From contig JBBEEF010000041.1 in the NCBI GenBank assembly GCA_040880915.1, positions 1-42,120 of the forward strand: DNA of 42,120 bases, in the 5' to 3' direction. The translations under genes and the position numbers were made by a program. How positions within the stretch are numbered: position 1 is the first letter of the stretch; every line of letters starts with the position of its first letter. Below the pieces are notes generated by a model, which made no database searches, was not told the origin of the DNA, and saw only the letters and a program-made list of their open reading frames with translations. The stretch comes from Pirellulales bacterium. GTDB taxonomy: Bacteria > Planctomycetota > Planctomycetia > Pirellulales > UBA1268. This document shows, piece after piece, positions 10,733 through 20,750 of this stretch.

Positions 10733-10820
10733 GGCCGCTGCCGCCGGCTGAAGGAAAAACGAGATGTCTCCGGCCAGGCCGGCTTTACGTTGGATACCGC
10801 TGCCGAAAACCGCCAGCGGA

Positions 10821-12185
10821 TCAGTTTCGCTCGAGCAAGCCGCTGTAGTTCCGCATCACAAGGTGGCTATCGATCTTTTGGACGAGGTCGAAGACCACGC
10901 TCACGGCGATCAAGAGGCCCGTGCCGCCGTAGAAGCTGGCCGCTTGATAGGGGATTCCGAGAAAGCCCGCAGCCACGGTCGGAATCACGGCCACGAGCGC
11001 AAGAAAGCCGGCCCCGACATAGGTGATCCGCTCCATCACCCGCTCCAGATAGTCGGCCGTCCGCTTGCCCGGCCGGTATCCAGGAATGAAGGCCCCGAAG
11101 TTCTTAAGATTGTCGGCCATTTCCTTGGGATTGAAGGTGATCGCCGTCCAGAAGTAGCAGAAGAAGTAGATGAGGGCGATGTAGCCGACGTTGTAGAGAT
11201 ACGACTCGCCGCGGGTGAACGACTCATAGAGCCCCTGCAGCACGCCGCTCTGCGGGAAGCTACGGGCGAGGTACTGGAAGAGAAACTGCGGGAACAGAAG
11301 CAACGAACTGGCGAAGATAATCGGCATCACGCCGGCCTGATTGACCCGCAGGGGAAGGTACTGGCGGGTGCCGCCATAGACGCGGCGACCGCGAACATGC
11401 TTGGCACTCTGAGTGGGAATCCGCCGCTGCCCCTGCGTCATAAACACGACGCCTGCCACCACCCCGACAAACAGGGCGATCAAGACCGGAATCATCTCCA
11501 CGCCGAGCTTGCCAGTGCCGGAGCCTCCGCCGACCTCCCACGACGTGGCGCCGGCAAGTTCGAGGAGCGCTCCTGGCATGCCTGCCAGAATACCCGCCAT
11601 GATGAGCAGGCTGATCCCGTTGCCGATCCCGAACTCGTCGATCTGCTCGCCGAGCCACATCAAAAACATCGTGCCGGCAGTCATCGTCAACACCGCCACG
11701 AACTGCCACAAGAAAGGGAGTTGGCCTTCCACGAGGAAGCTTTGCTGGACGAGCGACTGCTCGCGACCGGGGGCTGCCAGAAACGCCACATAGGCCCAGC
11801 TCTGCACGAGGGAGATGACGACCGTGGCATAGCGGGTGTACTCATTGATCTTCTTGCGGCCGGCCTCCCCTTCCTTCTGCAGCCGCTCAAGCGGCGGCCA
11901 GACTGTGCCCAGCAATTGAAAGATGATTGAGGCCGAGATGTACGGCATGATCCCGAGGCCAAAGATCGTGGCCTGCGAGAGTTGGCTGGCGGAGAACACC
12001 GCCACTGTGCGGAGCAGTTCGCCCACGCCGCCAGCCTGCTTGGCGAAGGCGGTCATCGCCTCGGCATCGATGATCGGCAGCGGCACCTGCCAGCCCACCC
12101 GGTAGATCGCCAGCAGCCCGAGCGTCAGCAGAATCTTCTGCCGCAACTCCGGAATGGTGAAGATGACGCGGATCTTTTCGAGCAC
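10821..12185 (-). CDS. secY: Preprotein translocase subunit SecY
   Basis: 454 aa. MLEKIRVIFTIPELRQKILLTLGLLAIYRVG...GIMPYISASII. GTG start. Canonical position after rplO. Confidence 0.95.
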   Translation of the reverse strand: MLEKIRVIFTIPELRQKILLTLGLLAIYRVGWQVPLPIIDAEAMTAFAKQAGGVGELLRTVAVFSASQLSQATIFGLGIMPYISASIIFQLLGTVWPPLERLQKEGEAGRKKINEYTRYATVVISLVQSWAYVAFLAAPGREQSLVQQSFLVEGQLPFLWQFVAVLTMTAGTMFLMWLGEQIDEFGIGNGISLLIMAGILAGMPGALLELAGATSWEVGGGSGTGKLGVEMIPVLIALFVGVVAGVVFMTQGQRRIPTQSAKHVRGRRVYGGTRQYLPLRVNQAGVMPIIFASSLLLFPQFLFQYLARSFPQSGVLQGLYESFTRGESYLYNVGYIALIYFFCYFWTAITFNPKEMADNLKNFGAFIPGYRPGKRTADYLERVMERITYVGAGFLALVAVIPTVAAGFLGIPYQAASFYGGTGLLIAVSVVFDLVQKIDSHLVMRNYSGLLERN

Positions 12186-12227
12186 TGGATAAACTCCTCA
12201 GGGCGAGCGGCTTCCTGGCCACATACC

Positions 12228-12734
12228 CTACCCGGCGACCGGCTTTTTCCGCGACGCCTTTCCGATCTTCCGCACGAGCGGGGCCGGACCTGGAAGTTCA
12301 GTGACCGTGCCACCGGCCGCCAAGATCTTCTCCTTCGCCCGAGCACTGAAGTGGTGGGCGGAAATTTTCAGTGCCTTCGAGATTTCGCCATTGCCGAGGA
12401 TCTTGAGGTCCTGCCAGATGCCCTTGAGCACACCGGCCGCGCGGAGCGACTCGGGGGTCACCTCGCTGCCAGCGGTACAGACGGCGGCCAGTTGCTCGAC
12501 ATTGATGCTTTTGACGGTTCGAGCGAAAGCGTTGTGGAAGCCCCGCTTGGGGATCCGCCGGATGAGCGGTTGCCGCCCGCCCTCAAAGATCCCCGCGGCC
12601 GACCAGCCCGCCAGTTGCCCCTGCCCCTTATCTCCCCGGCCAGCGGTGCAGCCACGCCCCGAGCCGGGACCACGGCCCACGCGGAGCCGCTTGCGGTTCT
12701 TGTGAATGCCCTTGTTGACGTCGCAGAGTTTCAT
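12228..12734 (-). CDS. rplO: 50S ribosomal protein L15
   Basis: MKLCDVNKGIHKNRKRLRVGRGPGSGRGCTAGRGDKGQ... Start trimmed to ATG 12734 inside ORF 12228..12902. Confidence 0.9.
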   Translation of the reverse strand: MKLCDVNKGIHKNRKRLRVGRGPGSGRGCTAGRGDKGQGQLAGWSAAGIFEGGRQPLIRRIPKRGFHNAFARTVKSINVEQLAAVCTAGSEVTPESLRAAGVLKGIWQDLKILGNGEISKALKISAHHFSARAKEKILAAGGTVTELPGPAPLVRKIGKASRKKPVAG

Positions 12735-12780
12735 GATGGGGAATCCGTCGCTGGCAGGGAAATCTCGGGATGCATGCGGC

Positions 12781-13269
12781 TTAGAGGCTGACGCCCCGAA
12801 GCCGCTCTGTCTCGTCCTTCGTTCGCAGTTGCTTGAGGCCCTCGAGGGCGGCCTTGACGAGGTTGACAGGATTGGTGGAGCCGTGGGCCTTGGTGAGCAC
12901 ATCGCGGATGCCCGCGGATTCGCAGACGGCCCGCACGGCGGCGCCCGCGATGATGCCGGTGCCCGGGCCGGCCGGCAGCATGATCACCTTGGCGGTCTCG
13001 TAAATACCCTCGACCCGGTGCGGGATGGTGCCCGACTGGATCGGCACCTCGATGAGGTTCTTCATCCCGTCCTTGATCGCCTTTTCGACGGCCGGAGGCA
13101 CCTCGTTGGCTTTGGCATAGCCACAGCCAACCTTACCGCGGCCGTTGCCCACCACGACGAGGCCGGCGAAGCTAAACCGCCGCCCACCCTTGACCACGGT
13201 AGCGCAGCGTCTGACCTTCACGACCTTCTCAGCGAACTCGCCGGTTCGCGATTCTTTGCCGGTGGACAC
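12781..13269 (-). CDS. rpsE: 30S ribosomal protein S5
   Basis: ...VVKVRRCATVVKGGRRFSFAGLVVVGNGRGKVGCGYAKA... GTG start. Confidence 0.95.
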   Translation of the reverse strand: MSTGKESRTGEFAEKVVKVRRCATVVKGGRRFSFAGLVVVGNGRGKVGCGYAKANEVPPAVEKAIKDGMKNLIEVPIQSGTIPHRVEGIYETAKVIMLPAGPGTGIIAGAAVRAVCESAGIRDVLTKAHGSTNPVNLVKAALEGLKQLRTKDETERLRGVSL

Positions 13270-13320
13270 GGGTTTCGATTCTCCCTGATGCGTGCTGCTG
13301 GAACGTGCGGTAGTGAAGAC

Positions 13321-13689
13321 TTAGAACTCGAGGCCGGCGGCCCGGGCCGCGTCGGCCAGGGCGGCGACCCGCCCGTGATACTTGAAACTGCCGCGATCGA
13401 AGCAAACCTGCGTCACCCCGGCGGCCTTGGCCCGCTCGGCAACGGCCTTGCCGATCACCTCGGCAGCCTGCTTGTTGCCCCCGGAGGCGACGGATCCACG
13501 GATCTCACGATCGACCGAACTGGCCGATGCGAGCGTCTTGCCGGTCGCATCGTCGATGACCTGGGCGTAGATGTGCTTTGAGGTGCGGCACACTGACAGC
13601 CGGGGCCGCTCGGACGTGCCACGAAGCGGCTTGCGAACACGGCGGCGCCGGCGAAGCCGTTGCCTGAGGATGGTGCGGGCGTGGTCCAT
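13321..13689 (-). CDS. rplR: 50S ribosomal protein L18
   Basis: ...[20 protein letters not shown]...[26 protein letters not shown]. Confidence 0.95.
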   Translation of the reverse strand: MDHARTILRQRLRRRRRVRKPLRGTSERPRLSVCRTSKHIYAQVIDDATGKTLASASSVDREIRGSVASGGNKQAAEVIGKAVAERAKAAGVTQVCFDRGSFKYHGRVAALADAARAAGLEF

Positions 13690-13770
13690 GATCTATGGTC
13701 TATCGTCTGTAAATAGATGTCGGGGGGGTGGAAATGGAGGGCGGCCGGGGCCGCGGATGACTCGACGTGG

Positions 13771-14316
13771 TTACTTCGTGACCGCCTTGCCTGCCTTGCG
13801 ACGAACCTGCTCGTTCTCGTACCGGATGCCCTTGCCCTTATAGGGCTCCGGCTTCCGCAGCGACCGCACTTCCGCGGCGAACTGGCCAACCGCCTGCTTG
13901 TCGATGCCCTTGATGGAAATATGCGTCTGATCGGGGCAGATAACGGTGAGCCCCTTTGGAATCGGGACCTGGAGTTCGTTGGCGAATCCGACCCGCAGTT
14001 GCAGGACTTCCTTCTGGATCGCCGCGAGATAGCCCACGCCCACGATCTCGAGCTTCTTCTCGTAGCCCTTGGAAACGCCCTCGACCATGTTGGCGGCGAG
14101 AGCCCTGGTCAGGCCGTGTACCGAGCGGGCGATCCGCCCGTCGTCGGCCCGCGTGACCACGATCTGGCCGCTCGCCTCGTCGACCTGCACCGCCACCGCC
14201 GGGTGGATGTGCTGCTCGAGTCTGCCGAGCGGGCCCTCGACCAAGAGCGCGCTGCCGCTCACGGAGGCCTTGACGCCCTTGGGGATGGGAACGGGATTTT
14301 TGCCGATACGGGACAT
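13771..14316 (-). CDS. rplF: 50S ribosomal protein L6
   Basis: MSRIGKNPVPIPKGVKASVSG...YKGKGIRYENE. Start trimmed to ATG 14316 inside ORF 13771..14478. Confidence 0.95.
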   Translation of the reverse strand: MSRIGKNPVPIPKGVKASVSGSALLVEGPLGRLEQHIHPAVAVQVDEASGQIVVTRADDGRIARSVHGLTRALAANMVEGVSKGYEKKLEIVGVGYLAAIQKEVLQLRVGFANELQVPIPKGLTVICPDQTHISIKGIDKQAVGQFAAEVRSLRKPEPYKGKGIRYENEQVRRKAGKAVTK

Positions 14317-14335
14317 GGCTCGTGACCTTAGGGAA

Positions 14336-14731
14336 CTACCACAACTCGCAGAGAACTTCGCCGCCGAGCTTCTTTTGCCGCGCCTCGCGGTCGCTGACCA
14401 CGCCACTCGATGTCGAAAGGATCGAGATGCCGAGCCCGCCGAGAATGGGCTTGAGCCGCGCCGAGCGGCTGTACACACGCCGGCCGGGAGAGCTCACCCG
14501 TCGGATGTTGCGGATGAGTCGCTCGCCGTTGGGCCCGTACTTGAGCTCCAGTTGGAGTCGCGGAACCGGAGAGGCTTCGACCTCCCGCCAGTCCCAAATG
14601 AAACCCTCCCGCTTGAGCACCTCCGCCAAGCCCCGCTTCACCTTGGAGGTGGGAATCTCCACGGTGGCGCGTTCAACCCGAACCGCGTTGCGGATCCGGG
14701 TGAGCATATCGGCGATGGGATCGGTCATCAT
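14336..14731 (-). CDS. rpsH: 30S ribosomal protein S8
   Basis: MMTDPIADMLTRIRNAVRVERATVEIPTSK... Confidence 0.95.
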   Translation of the reverse strand: MMTDPIADMLTRIRNAVRVERATVEIPTSKVKRGLAEVLKREGFIWDWREVEASPVPRLQLELKYGPNGERLIRNIRRVSSPGRRVYSRSARLKPILGGLGISILSTSSGVVSDREARQKKLGGEVLCELW

Positions 14732-14761
14732 GTCAGCTGAGCCCTCTTCTCGATTCCGGAT

Positions 14762-14947
14762 TTACCAGCTCGCCTTTTTCACACCGGGAATGCAGCCCTG
14801 ATCCGCAAGCTTGCGGAAGCAGATGCGGCAAATGCCGAACTTGCGGTACACGGCCCGCGGCCGACCGCACAGCATGCACCGCCGGACGATCCGTGTGGAG
14901 AACTTCGGAGGCCGCTTGGCGGCCGCGATCTTCGATTTGCTTGCCAT
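14762..14947 (-). CDS. rpsZ: 30S ribosomal protein S14, type Z (zinc-binding short form)
   Basis: 61 aa. [48 protein letters not shown], carrying the CxxC...CxxC pair. Confidence 0.95.
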   Translation of the reverse strand: MASKSKIAAAKRPPKFSTRIVRRCMLCGRPRAVYRKFGICRICFRKLADQGCIPGVKKASW

Positions 14948-14986
14948 GGTCGGTCGTCTGCCTGCTCGTCCCTATCATGCGCACCG

Positions 14987-15595
14987 CTACGCTGCGGCGT
15001 CGCCCTCGCCCTGCTTCTTGAGAGGCAGCCCCATGGCCACCAGAAACTCCCGCGCCTCCTCGTCCGTCTCGGCCGAGGTGACAAAGGTGATATTCATGCC
15101 CTGCGGCCGCGTGTAGCGGTCGGGGTTGATTTCAGGAAACACCATCTGTTCCGACAGCCCAAGGCTGTAGTTGCCGTGGCCGTCGAAGGCCGTGGCCGAA
15201 AGCCCGCGGAAGTCTCGCACCCGCGGGAGCGCCACCGCCACGAGCCGGTCGAAAAACTCGTACATCCGCCGACCCCGGAGCGTCACCTTGCAGCCGATCG
15301 GCAGGTTCTCGCGGAGTTTGAAGCCCGCCACGGCAACCTTCGAGAGCGTTGCGATCGGCTTCTGCCCAGCGATCTGGGCCATGGCGCCGATGGCCTCGTC
15401 GAGGTGCTTCTTCTCGGTGGTCGCCACCCCCACGCCCATGCTGATGATGATCTTCTCGAGCCGGGGAATGGCATGCGGATTGGTGCGGGCAAGCGCCTTC
15501 GCGAGGTGCGTTCGCACGGTCGTCAAATAATGCTCGAGGAGCCGCGGCGTCGCCGCCGGTTCCAAGGTCGCTGCGGGCTTTGTTTTCTTCGCCAT
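14987..15595 (-). CDS. rplE: 50S ribosomal protein L5
   Basis: ...PRLEKIIISMGVG...FDGHGNYSLGLSEQMVFPEI...GMNITFVTSA. 202 aa with an Ala/Pro-rich N-terminal extension. Confidence 0.95.
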   Translation of the reverse strand: MAKKTKPAATLEPAATPRLLEHYLTTVRTHLAKALARTNPHAIPRLEKIIISMGVGVATTEKKHLDEAIGAMAQIAGQKPIATLSKVAVAGFKLRENLPIGCKVTLRGRRMYEFFDRLVAVALPRVRDFRGLSATAFDGHGNYSLGLSEQMVFPEINPDRYTRPQGMNITFVTSAETDEEAREFLVAMGLPLKKQGEGDAAA

Positions 15596-15645
15596 CGTGA
15601 ACAGTTCCTACCTACGTCCTATCTACGAAATTCGCTCTGCCTGCC

Positions 15646-16020
15646 TCAGCCCGTCGCCTTGGCCTTCGTGCGAGCCCGCCGAAGCACGCCATGCTCGGCA
15701 CCGCACGCCCGACAAAACCGCACCTTGGATCCATTCGCGTCGAGCTTGGACCCAAGCCGCGTCGCCTTGCCGCATGCCGAGCAGACGAACAGCACATTTG
15801 AGGCGTCGATTGGCATCTCCTTGCTCAGTCGCCCCCCCTGGGGGTTTTTCTGACTGCGACGGATGTGCCTAAAGACCCGATTGACTCCTTCCACGACAAG
15901 CTTGTCGGCCTGCACCGGTATCCCGCCCGGCTTCGCCAATTTGACGGCGAGCACCTTGGCACGTGTGCCACGGCTATTGCCAGTCCTTACCTCGACGATG
16001 TCGCCCGACTTGATCAGCAT
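15646..16020 (-). CDS. rplX: 50S ribosomal protein L24 with C-terminal CxxC...CxxC insertion
   Basis: KOW region [26 protein letters not shown]..., then [44 protein letters not shown] 16020 overlaps the rplN stop by 1 nt; a GTG at 16023 is an alternative start. Confidence 0.9.
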   Translation of the reverse strand: MLIKSGDIVEVRTGNSRGTRAKVLAVKLAKPGGIPVQADKLVVEGVNRVFRHIRRSQKNPQGGRLSKEMPIDASNVLFVCSACGKATRLGSKLDANGSKVRFCRACGAEHGVLRRARTKAKATG

Positions 16021-16388
16021 CACACCACCTCGCTCGCCAGACTCACGATCTTCATGAAATTGCGGTCCCGGAGTTCGCGGGCCACAGCTCCGAAAATACG
16101 CGTGCCTTTGGGGTTCTTGTCGTTGTCAATGATCACGCAGGCGTTGGAATCAAACTGCACGTAGCTGCCGTCTACCCGCCGCGTCTCTTTTTTGCAGCGT
16201 ACGATCACCGCCTTGACGACAGCCTTTTTCTTGACCTCGCTGCCGGGGATCACGCTCTTCACGCTGCAGACGATAATGTCCCCCAGGCCGGCGGTCCGCC
16301 TGCGGCTCCCTCCGAGCACCTTGAAACACATCACCTCTTTCGCGCCTGTGTTGTCGGCGACATTGAGCCGCGTCTGCATCTGGATCAT
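16020..16388 (-). CDS. rplN: 50S ribosomal protein L14
   Basis: [27 protein letters not shown]... Confidence 0.95.
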   Translation of the reverse strand: MIQMQTRLNVADNTGAKEVMCFKVLGGSRRRTAGLGDIIVCSVKSVIPGSEVKKKAVVKAVIVRCKKETRRVDGSYVQFDSNACVIIDNDKNPKGTRIFGAVARELRDRNFMKIVSLASEVV

Positions 16389-16771
16389 GTCGCCCGCCCT
16401 TCCGAAGCAGCCTCACCGGCCGCAGCCGTGGCTTCTGTGCCCGTCGCGGCAGCATGTTCGGCCCGGGCCGCGGTCTCCTTGAGTTCAGTCGCCCGAGCAC
16501 CGCTGCGAAGCGATGCCAGATCGACCGCCGTGCTCTTGGCGACCACCCGCACGAGTTCCCACCTTTTTGTCTTGCTCCGCGGCCGGCATTCGATGATCTC
16601 GACGAGGTCGCCCGCGGCCGACTGCTCGTCTTCGTCGTGCACGTGGCACACGGTTCGGCTATGGAGAATCCGCCCATACTTCGCATGGCGAATAATCCGC
16701 GGAATCTCCACCCGCCGCGTCTTCTTCGCCGCGGCGCTGGTCACTGTTCCTGTCTCAACTCGCTTGGGCAT
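16385..16771 (-). CDS. rpsQ: 30S ribosomal protein S17 (with about 40-aa Ala-rich C-terminal tail)
   Basis: [47 protein letters not shown]...[16 protein letters not shown] overlap with rplN. Confidence 0.95.
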   Translation of the reverse strand: MPKRVETGTVTSAAAKKTRRVEIPRIIRHAKYGRILHSRTVCHVHDEDEQSAAGDLVEIIECRPRSKTKRWELVRVVAKSTAVDLASLRSGARATELKETAARAEHAAATGTEATAAAGEAASEGRAT

Positions 16772-16829
16772 CGTCTCGTTTCCTGTGCTAGATCCCTGAC
16801 CGGCTGCTACGCCTTCCGCCCTGCTCTCC

Positions 16830-17060
16830 CTACGCTTCCGCCCCAGCCTCGCCGACGGCGACCGGCTGGGCCGCAGCCCGCTCGGCCAGGATCGTCTGGC
16901 AGCGGGCGATCGTCTTGCGGTGCTTCCGCATTTCGGACGGGGCCGCGAGTTTCTCCGTCTGCGACTGGATTCGCAGCCGAAAGAGTGACTCGGCAGCGTC
17001 CCGCCAGACGAGCTTAATCTGCTCGTCAGCCATGTCCCTGATTTCCTTCGCTTTTGTCAT
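16830..17060 (-). CDS. rpmC: 50S ribosomal protein L29
   Basis: MTKAKEIRDMADEQIKLVWRDAAESLFRLRIQ... Position between rplP and rpsQ. Confidence 0.9.
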   Translation of the reverse strand: MTKAKEIRDMADEQIKLVWRDAAESLFRLRIQSQTEKLAAPSEMRKHRKTIARCQTILAERAAAQPVAVGEAGAEA

Positions 17061-17076
17061 TGCTCGTACCTCGCCC

Positions 17077-17493
17077 TTACATGGTCCGCCGCTTCACGAA
17101 CCGCACCCGAATCGGCATCTTGTGAGCCAGCCGGGCCATGCAAAGCCGAGCAGCCTCTTCCGGAACACCACCAATTTCATAGAGAACCATGCCGGGCTTC
17201 ACCACCGCCGCCCAGAATTCCGGCTCGCCCTTGCCCTTACCCATGCGGGTCTCGAGCGGGATCGAGGTGACCGACTTGTGGGGAAAGGCACGAACATAAA
17301 GACGTCCCTCCGTACGGAGATACTGCTGTGCCGCGATCCGGCCGGCCTCGATGGTCGCCGCAGGGAGCCATCCCGGCTGCTCGGCTTGGAGGCCGAAGTC
17401 GCCGAAGACAACCCGATTCCCGCGTGAGGCATCACCTCTTATACGACCTCTTTGGCTTTTTCGGTGCTTCACCCGTTTGGGCATCAGCGCCAT
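17077..17493 (-). CDS. rplP: 50S ribosomal protein L16
   Basis: [20 protein letters not shown]...[17 protein letters not shown]. Three in-frame ATGs at 17499, 17493 and 17484. GAGGAGG lies immediately upstream of 17499, which gives the best spacing for 17493. Confidence 0.9.
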   Translation of the reverse strand: MALMPKRVKHRKSQRGRIRGDASRGNRVVFGDFGLQAEQPGWLPAATIEAGRIAAQQYLRTEGRLYVRAFPHKSVTSIPLETRMGKGKGEPEFWAAVVKPGMVLYEIGGVPEEAARLCMARLAHKMPIRVRFVKRRTM

Positions 17494-18127
17494 CGCCATC
17501 CTCCTCGTACATGCCTTGGTTGACCCACACCTGAATTCCTATGTTGCCCTGCGCCGTGGGAGCCTCGCAGAACCCGTAATCGATTTTTGCCCGCAGGGTG
17601 GAGAGCGGCATCGAGCCGGCGATCGCCTTCTCGCATCGCGACATCTCCGCTCCGCCGAGCCGGCCCGAGAGCTGGATCTTCACGCCCCTGGCCCCGGCAT
17701 CCATCGTCGTATCGAGCGAACGCTTGAGCGTCCGCCGAAAGGCGGCCCGCTTCGTGAGCTGGTCGGCGATGTCCTCGGCCACAAGCTGGGCCTGGATCTC
17801 CGGCCGCGACACCTCCTCGACCTTGAGATTGACCTTCCGGCCGAGGAGTTGTTGAAGCTCGTCCTGGAGACGGTCCACTTCCTGACCCTTGCGACCGATG
17901 ATCACGCCGGGCCGGGCAGAGTGGAGGATCACCTTCACCTCGTCGCGGGTCCGCTCGATCTCGACCTTGGGGATCGCCGCCGCGCGATACTTTGTCTTGA
18001 GAAACTTTCGCACCTTGAAGTCTTCGAGCAGAAGCACTCGAAACTCCTTCTTGGAGGCATACCAACGGCTCCTCCAGGGCTCGGTGATCCCCGTGCGAAA
18101 CCCGATCGGATGTACTTTTTGACCCAT
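17432..18127 (-). CDS. rpsC: 30S ribosomal protein S3 (with acidic/basic C-terminal tail)
   Basis: MGQKVHPIGFRTGITEPWRSRWYASKKEF...GRLGGAEMSR... The tail [26 protein letters not shown] overlaps the rplP start. Confidence 0.95.
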   Translation of the reverse strand: MGQKVHPIGFRTGITEPWRSRWYASKKEFRVLLLEDFKVRKFLKTKYRAAAIPKVEIERTRDEVKVILHSARPGVIIGRKGQEVDRLQDELQQLLGRKVNLKVEEVSRPEIQAQLVAEDIADQLTKRAAFRRTLKRSLDTTMDAGARGVKIQLSGRLGGAEMSRCEKAIAGSMPLSTLRAKIDYGFCEAPTAQGNIGIQVWVNQGMYEEDGDGADAQTGEAPKKPKRSYKR

Positions 18128-18159
18128 GGTAGCGTGCCCTTCCTCCGGGTACCGTGCCC

Positions 18160-18519
18160 TTATTCCGCCCCGCCGGCCGCCACTGGGGCAGAGGCATCGA
18201 GCGCGACCTTGATATGGGACATCCGCCGCTTGACCCCAAACGCCATCCCGCGGGCCCGCGGGCGAACCCGCTTGAACATCGGCCCCGGATCGATCCGGGC
18301 GTCGACCACCACGAGGTCGTCGATCCCGGACGCCTGCTGATTCTCGGCATTGCCAAGCGCGCTTTTGATCACCTTCTCCAGCATCCGCGCACCGCGGTGA
18401 GGCTGGAACCGCAGGATGTCGAGCGCCTCGTCGGCAAACTTGCCCCGAACAAGGTCGGCCAACGCCCGCACCTTGCGGGGGCTGATTCGGGCGTATTGGT
18501 GCGAGGCCGTGAAGGGCAT
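18160..18519 (-). CDS. rplV: 50S ribosomal protein L22
   Basis: MPFTASHQYARISPRKVRALADLVRGKFADEAL... Confidence 0.95.
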   Translation of the reverse strand: MPFTASHQYARISPRKVRALADLVRGKFADEALDILRFQPHRGARMLEKVIKSALGNAENQQASGIDDLVVVDARIDPGPMFKRVRPRARGMAFGVKRRMSHIKVALDASAPVAAGGAE

Positions 18520-18542
18520 CGTGTCGTCTCCGCCGCCTGTGC

Positions 18543-18812
18543 CTAGGATTTTGCCTTGTTGCCGTGACCCCGGAAGGTCCGGGTGGGCGAAAACTCGCCG
18601 AGTTTGTGCCCGACCATGTCTTCGGTCACGAACACCTTGAGATGCTGTTTGCCGTTGTGAACCATGAATGTGAGCCCGATGAACTCAGGCACGATCGTGC
18701 ACGACCGCGACCAGGTCTTGATCGGATCCCGCTTGCCGCTTGCCAGCTGGGCCTCGACCTTCTCGAACACGCGGGGGTCGATGTACGGCCCCTTTTTTGC
18801 ACTGCGTCCCAT
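18543..18812 (-). CDS. rpsS: 30S ribosomal protein S19
   Basis: [19 protein letters not shown]...[35 protein letters not shown]. Confidence 0.95.
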   Translation of the reverse strand: MGRSAKKGPYIDPRVFEKVEAQLASGKRDPIKTWSRSCTIVPEFIGLTFMVHNGKQHLKVFVTEDMVGHKLGEFSPTRTFRGHGNKAKS

Positions 18813-18816
18813 GAAA

Positions 18817-19674
18817 TTACCTCAGTTTCAATTGCCCGTAGCGGCGGCTCTTGCGACGGCGGACGATCGCCGTGCCCGACGGCTTGCGGGGCTTTCTGGT
18901 GCCTCCACCCTTGGCACTCTTGCCGGTGGGGCTCACCGGGTGCCTGCCGCCCTTGGTCTTCCCCTCGCCGCCGCCGTGGGGATGGTCAACCGGGTTCATC
19001 GCGGTGCCCCGGACGGTGGGCCGAATTCCGAGCCAGCGGGAACGGCCCGCCTTGCCGAGCCGCACGTTCATGTGCTCGGAGTTGCCGATCGTGCCGATCG
19101 TTGCCCGGCAGGCCGCCGGCACCCGGCGAATTTCACCGGAGGGCAGAGTGAGTTGGGCCCAGCCGGCCTCACGGGCAACAAGCGAAGCGGCGGCGCCAGC
19201 CGAGCGACACATCCGCCCCCCGCGACCCTGCTGCAGTTCGATGTTGTGGACCTGCATGCCCAGCGGAATGGCCGAAAGCGGAAGGCAGTTGCCCACCTCC
19301 GGCGCCGCGGTCTCACCGCTCACCACCGTCCGGCCCACCACCAGCCCCTCCGGTGCGAGAATGAATCGCTTCTCCCCGTCGGCGTAGTGAATCAGGGCCA
19401 CACGGCAGGTGCGATTGGGATCGTACTGGATCGAATGCACCTTCCCTGTCACGCCATCCTTGTTGCGGCGGAAGTCGATCAGCCGGTAGTGCTGTTTGTG
19501 ACCGCCGCCCCGGTGACGGGACGTGATCTTGCCCTGGTTATTGCGGCCGCCTGTCTTGTGCTTCCGGACACGCAGCCCCTTGGGCGACTCGGCGCCGGGA
19601 GTCAGTTCGACAAAGTCCGAAACGCTGGAGTTGCGACGCCCAGCGCTGGTCGGCTTGTACTTGCGGATGCCCAT
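18817..19674 (-). CDS. rplB: 50S ribosomal protein L2
   Basis: [21 protein letters not shown]...[27 protein letters not shown]. Confidence 0.95.
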   Translation of the reverse strand: MGIRKYKPTSAGRRNSSVSDFVELTPGAESPKGLRVRKHKTGGRNNQGKITSRHRGGGHKQHYRLIDFRRNKDGVTGKVHSIQYDPNRTCRVALIHYADGEKRFILAPEGLVVGRTVVSGETAAPEVGNCLPLSAIPLGMQVHNIELQQGRGGRMCRSAGAAASLVAREAGWAQLTLPSGEIRRVPAACRATIGTIGNSEHMNVRLGKAGRSRWLGIRPTVRGTAMNPVDHPHGGGEGKTKGGRHPVSPTGKSAKGGGTRKPRKPSGTAIVRRRKSRRYGQLKLR

Positions 19675-19706
19675 CGGTTCGGCTCGTGGCTTTTACGGAC
19701 TGAGAA

Positions 19707-20027
19707 CTAAAACAAGTTGATCTTAAAATCGGGCTTGAGATACACGATCGCCTTCTTCCAAGGCTTCGTCATGGTCTTTCGGACCTTGCCACGCCGGACC
19801 TTGCCCCGGCGATTCTGCACCGCAACCTTGTCGACCCTGACGGTGAAGAGCACCTCAATGGCATGCCGAATGTCGGCCTTCGTGGCCTCCGTCGCCACTT
19901 GAAAGGAGTAGGCGTTGTGGCGGTTGGCCCGGTGCAATCCCTTCTCGGTCACGAGCGGCCGGAGGATCACGTGGGCCGGCTCGAGACGGGGATTGCGGGC
20001 CGGGGCTGGAGGAACGGGAACGGCCAT
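19707..20027 (-). CDS. rplW: 50S ribosomal protein L23
   Basis: ...HVILRPLVTEKGLHRANRHNAYSFQVATEATKADIRHAIEVLF... Position between rplD and rplB. Confidence 0.9.
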   Translation of the reverse strand: MAVPVPPAPARNPRLEPAHVILRPLVTEKGLHRANRHNAYSFQVATEATKADIRHAIEVLFTVRVDKVAVQNRRGKVRRGKVRKTMTKPWKKAIVYLKPDFKINLF

Positions 20028-20030
20028 GGC

Positions 20031-20750
20031 TCAGGTCGCCTCCTTCCGGGTTGCTTTGCGACCGGCGCGACCCGCGGGCTTCGCCCGAGCGACCGACCGC
20101 TGGGCCGGCTTGGCGACCGGTCCGGAAGCCTTGACAGACTCCCGGAACGCATCGAGGGCCGCGCGAGTCATCACAATCGACCGCGGCCGCAGGATGGACC
20201 AGGCATTGAGTTCGGCCACCGGCGAAACGGAAACGCCCGCAATGTTGCGGGCGCTCTTCCAGACATTCGGGTCGTGCTTCTCGGGGGCGACAAGCACGGT
20301 GGCCTCACCCAGCCCGAGGGCGGTAAGCATCCGGGCAACTGTCGCCGTCTTGGGCGCATCGAAGGAGAGTGCCTCCACGAGCTTGACCTCGTCGTCGGCC
20401 AGCCGGGAGGCGAGCGCCATTCGAGTGGCCGCCTGGAGCGACTTGCGGGGCATCCGCCAGCCGAAGTCGCGAGGGGATTTGGCGAAGATATGGCCGCCGC
20501 CCCGCCGCGTGCCGCTCCGCCGGCCGCCGGCCCGGGCGTTGCCTGTGCCCTTCTGCCGATAGAGCTTTTTGGTCGACCCGGCAACCTCGCCTCGGGTCTT
20601 CGTTTTCTGGGTGCCCTGCCGGGCGTTGGCTTGGTACATGACCACCGCGTCATGGAGCAACTGCTTGCTGACGCGGGGGGCGAGCTCGGCCGGGTCGATC
20701 TCGTAACTGCCGACCTGCTTGCCAGCCATGTCATAGACGGCGAGATTCAT
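20031..20750 (-). CDS. rplD: 50S ribosomal protein L4 (with basic C-terminal extension)
   Basis: MNLAVYDMAGKQVGSYEIDP...RQGTQKTKTRGEVAGSTKKLYRQKGTGNARAGGRRS. ATG 20750 makes an ATGA overlap with the rplC stop. Confidence 0.9.
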   Translation of the reverse strand: MNLAVYDMAGKQVGSYEIDPAELAPRVSKQLLHDAVVMYQANARQGTQKTKTRGEVAGSTKKLYRQKGTGNARAGGRRSGTRRGGGHIFAKSPRDFGWRMPRKSLQAATRMALASRLADDEVKLVEALSFDAPKTATVARMLTALGLGEATVLVAPEKHDPNVWKSARNIAGVSVSPVAELNAWSILRPRSIVMTRAALDAFRESVKASGPVAKPAQRSVARAKPAGRAGRKATRKEAT

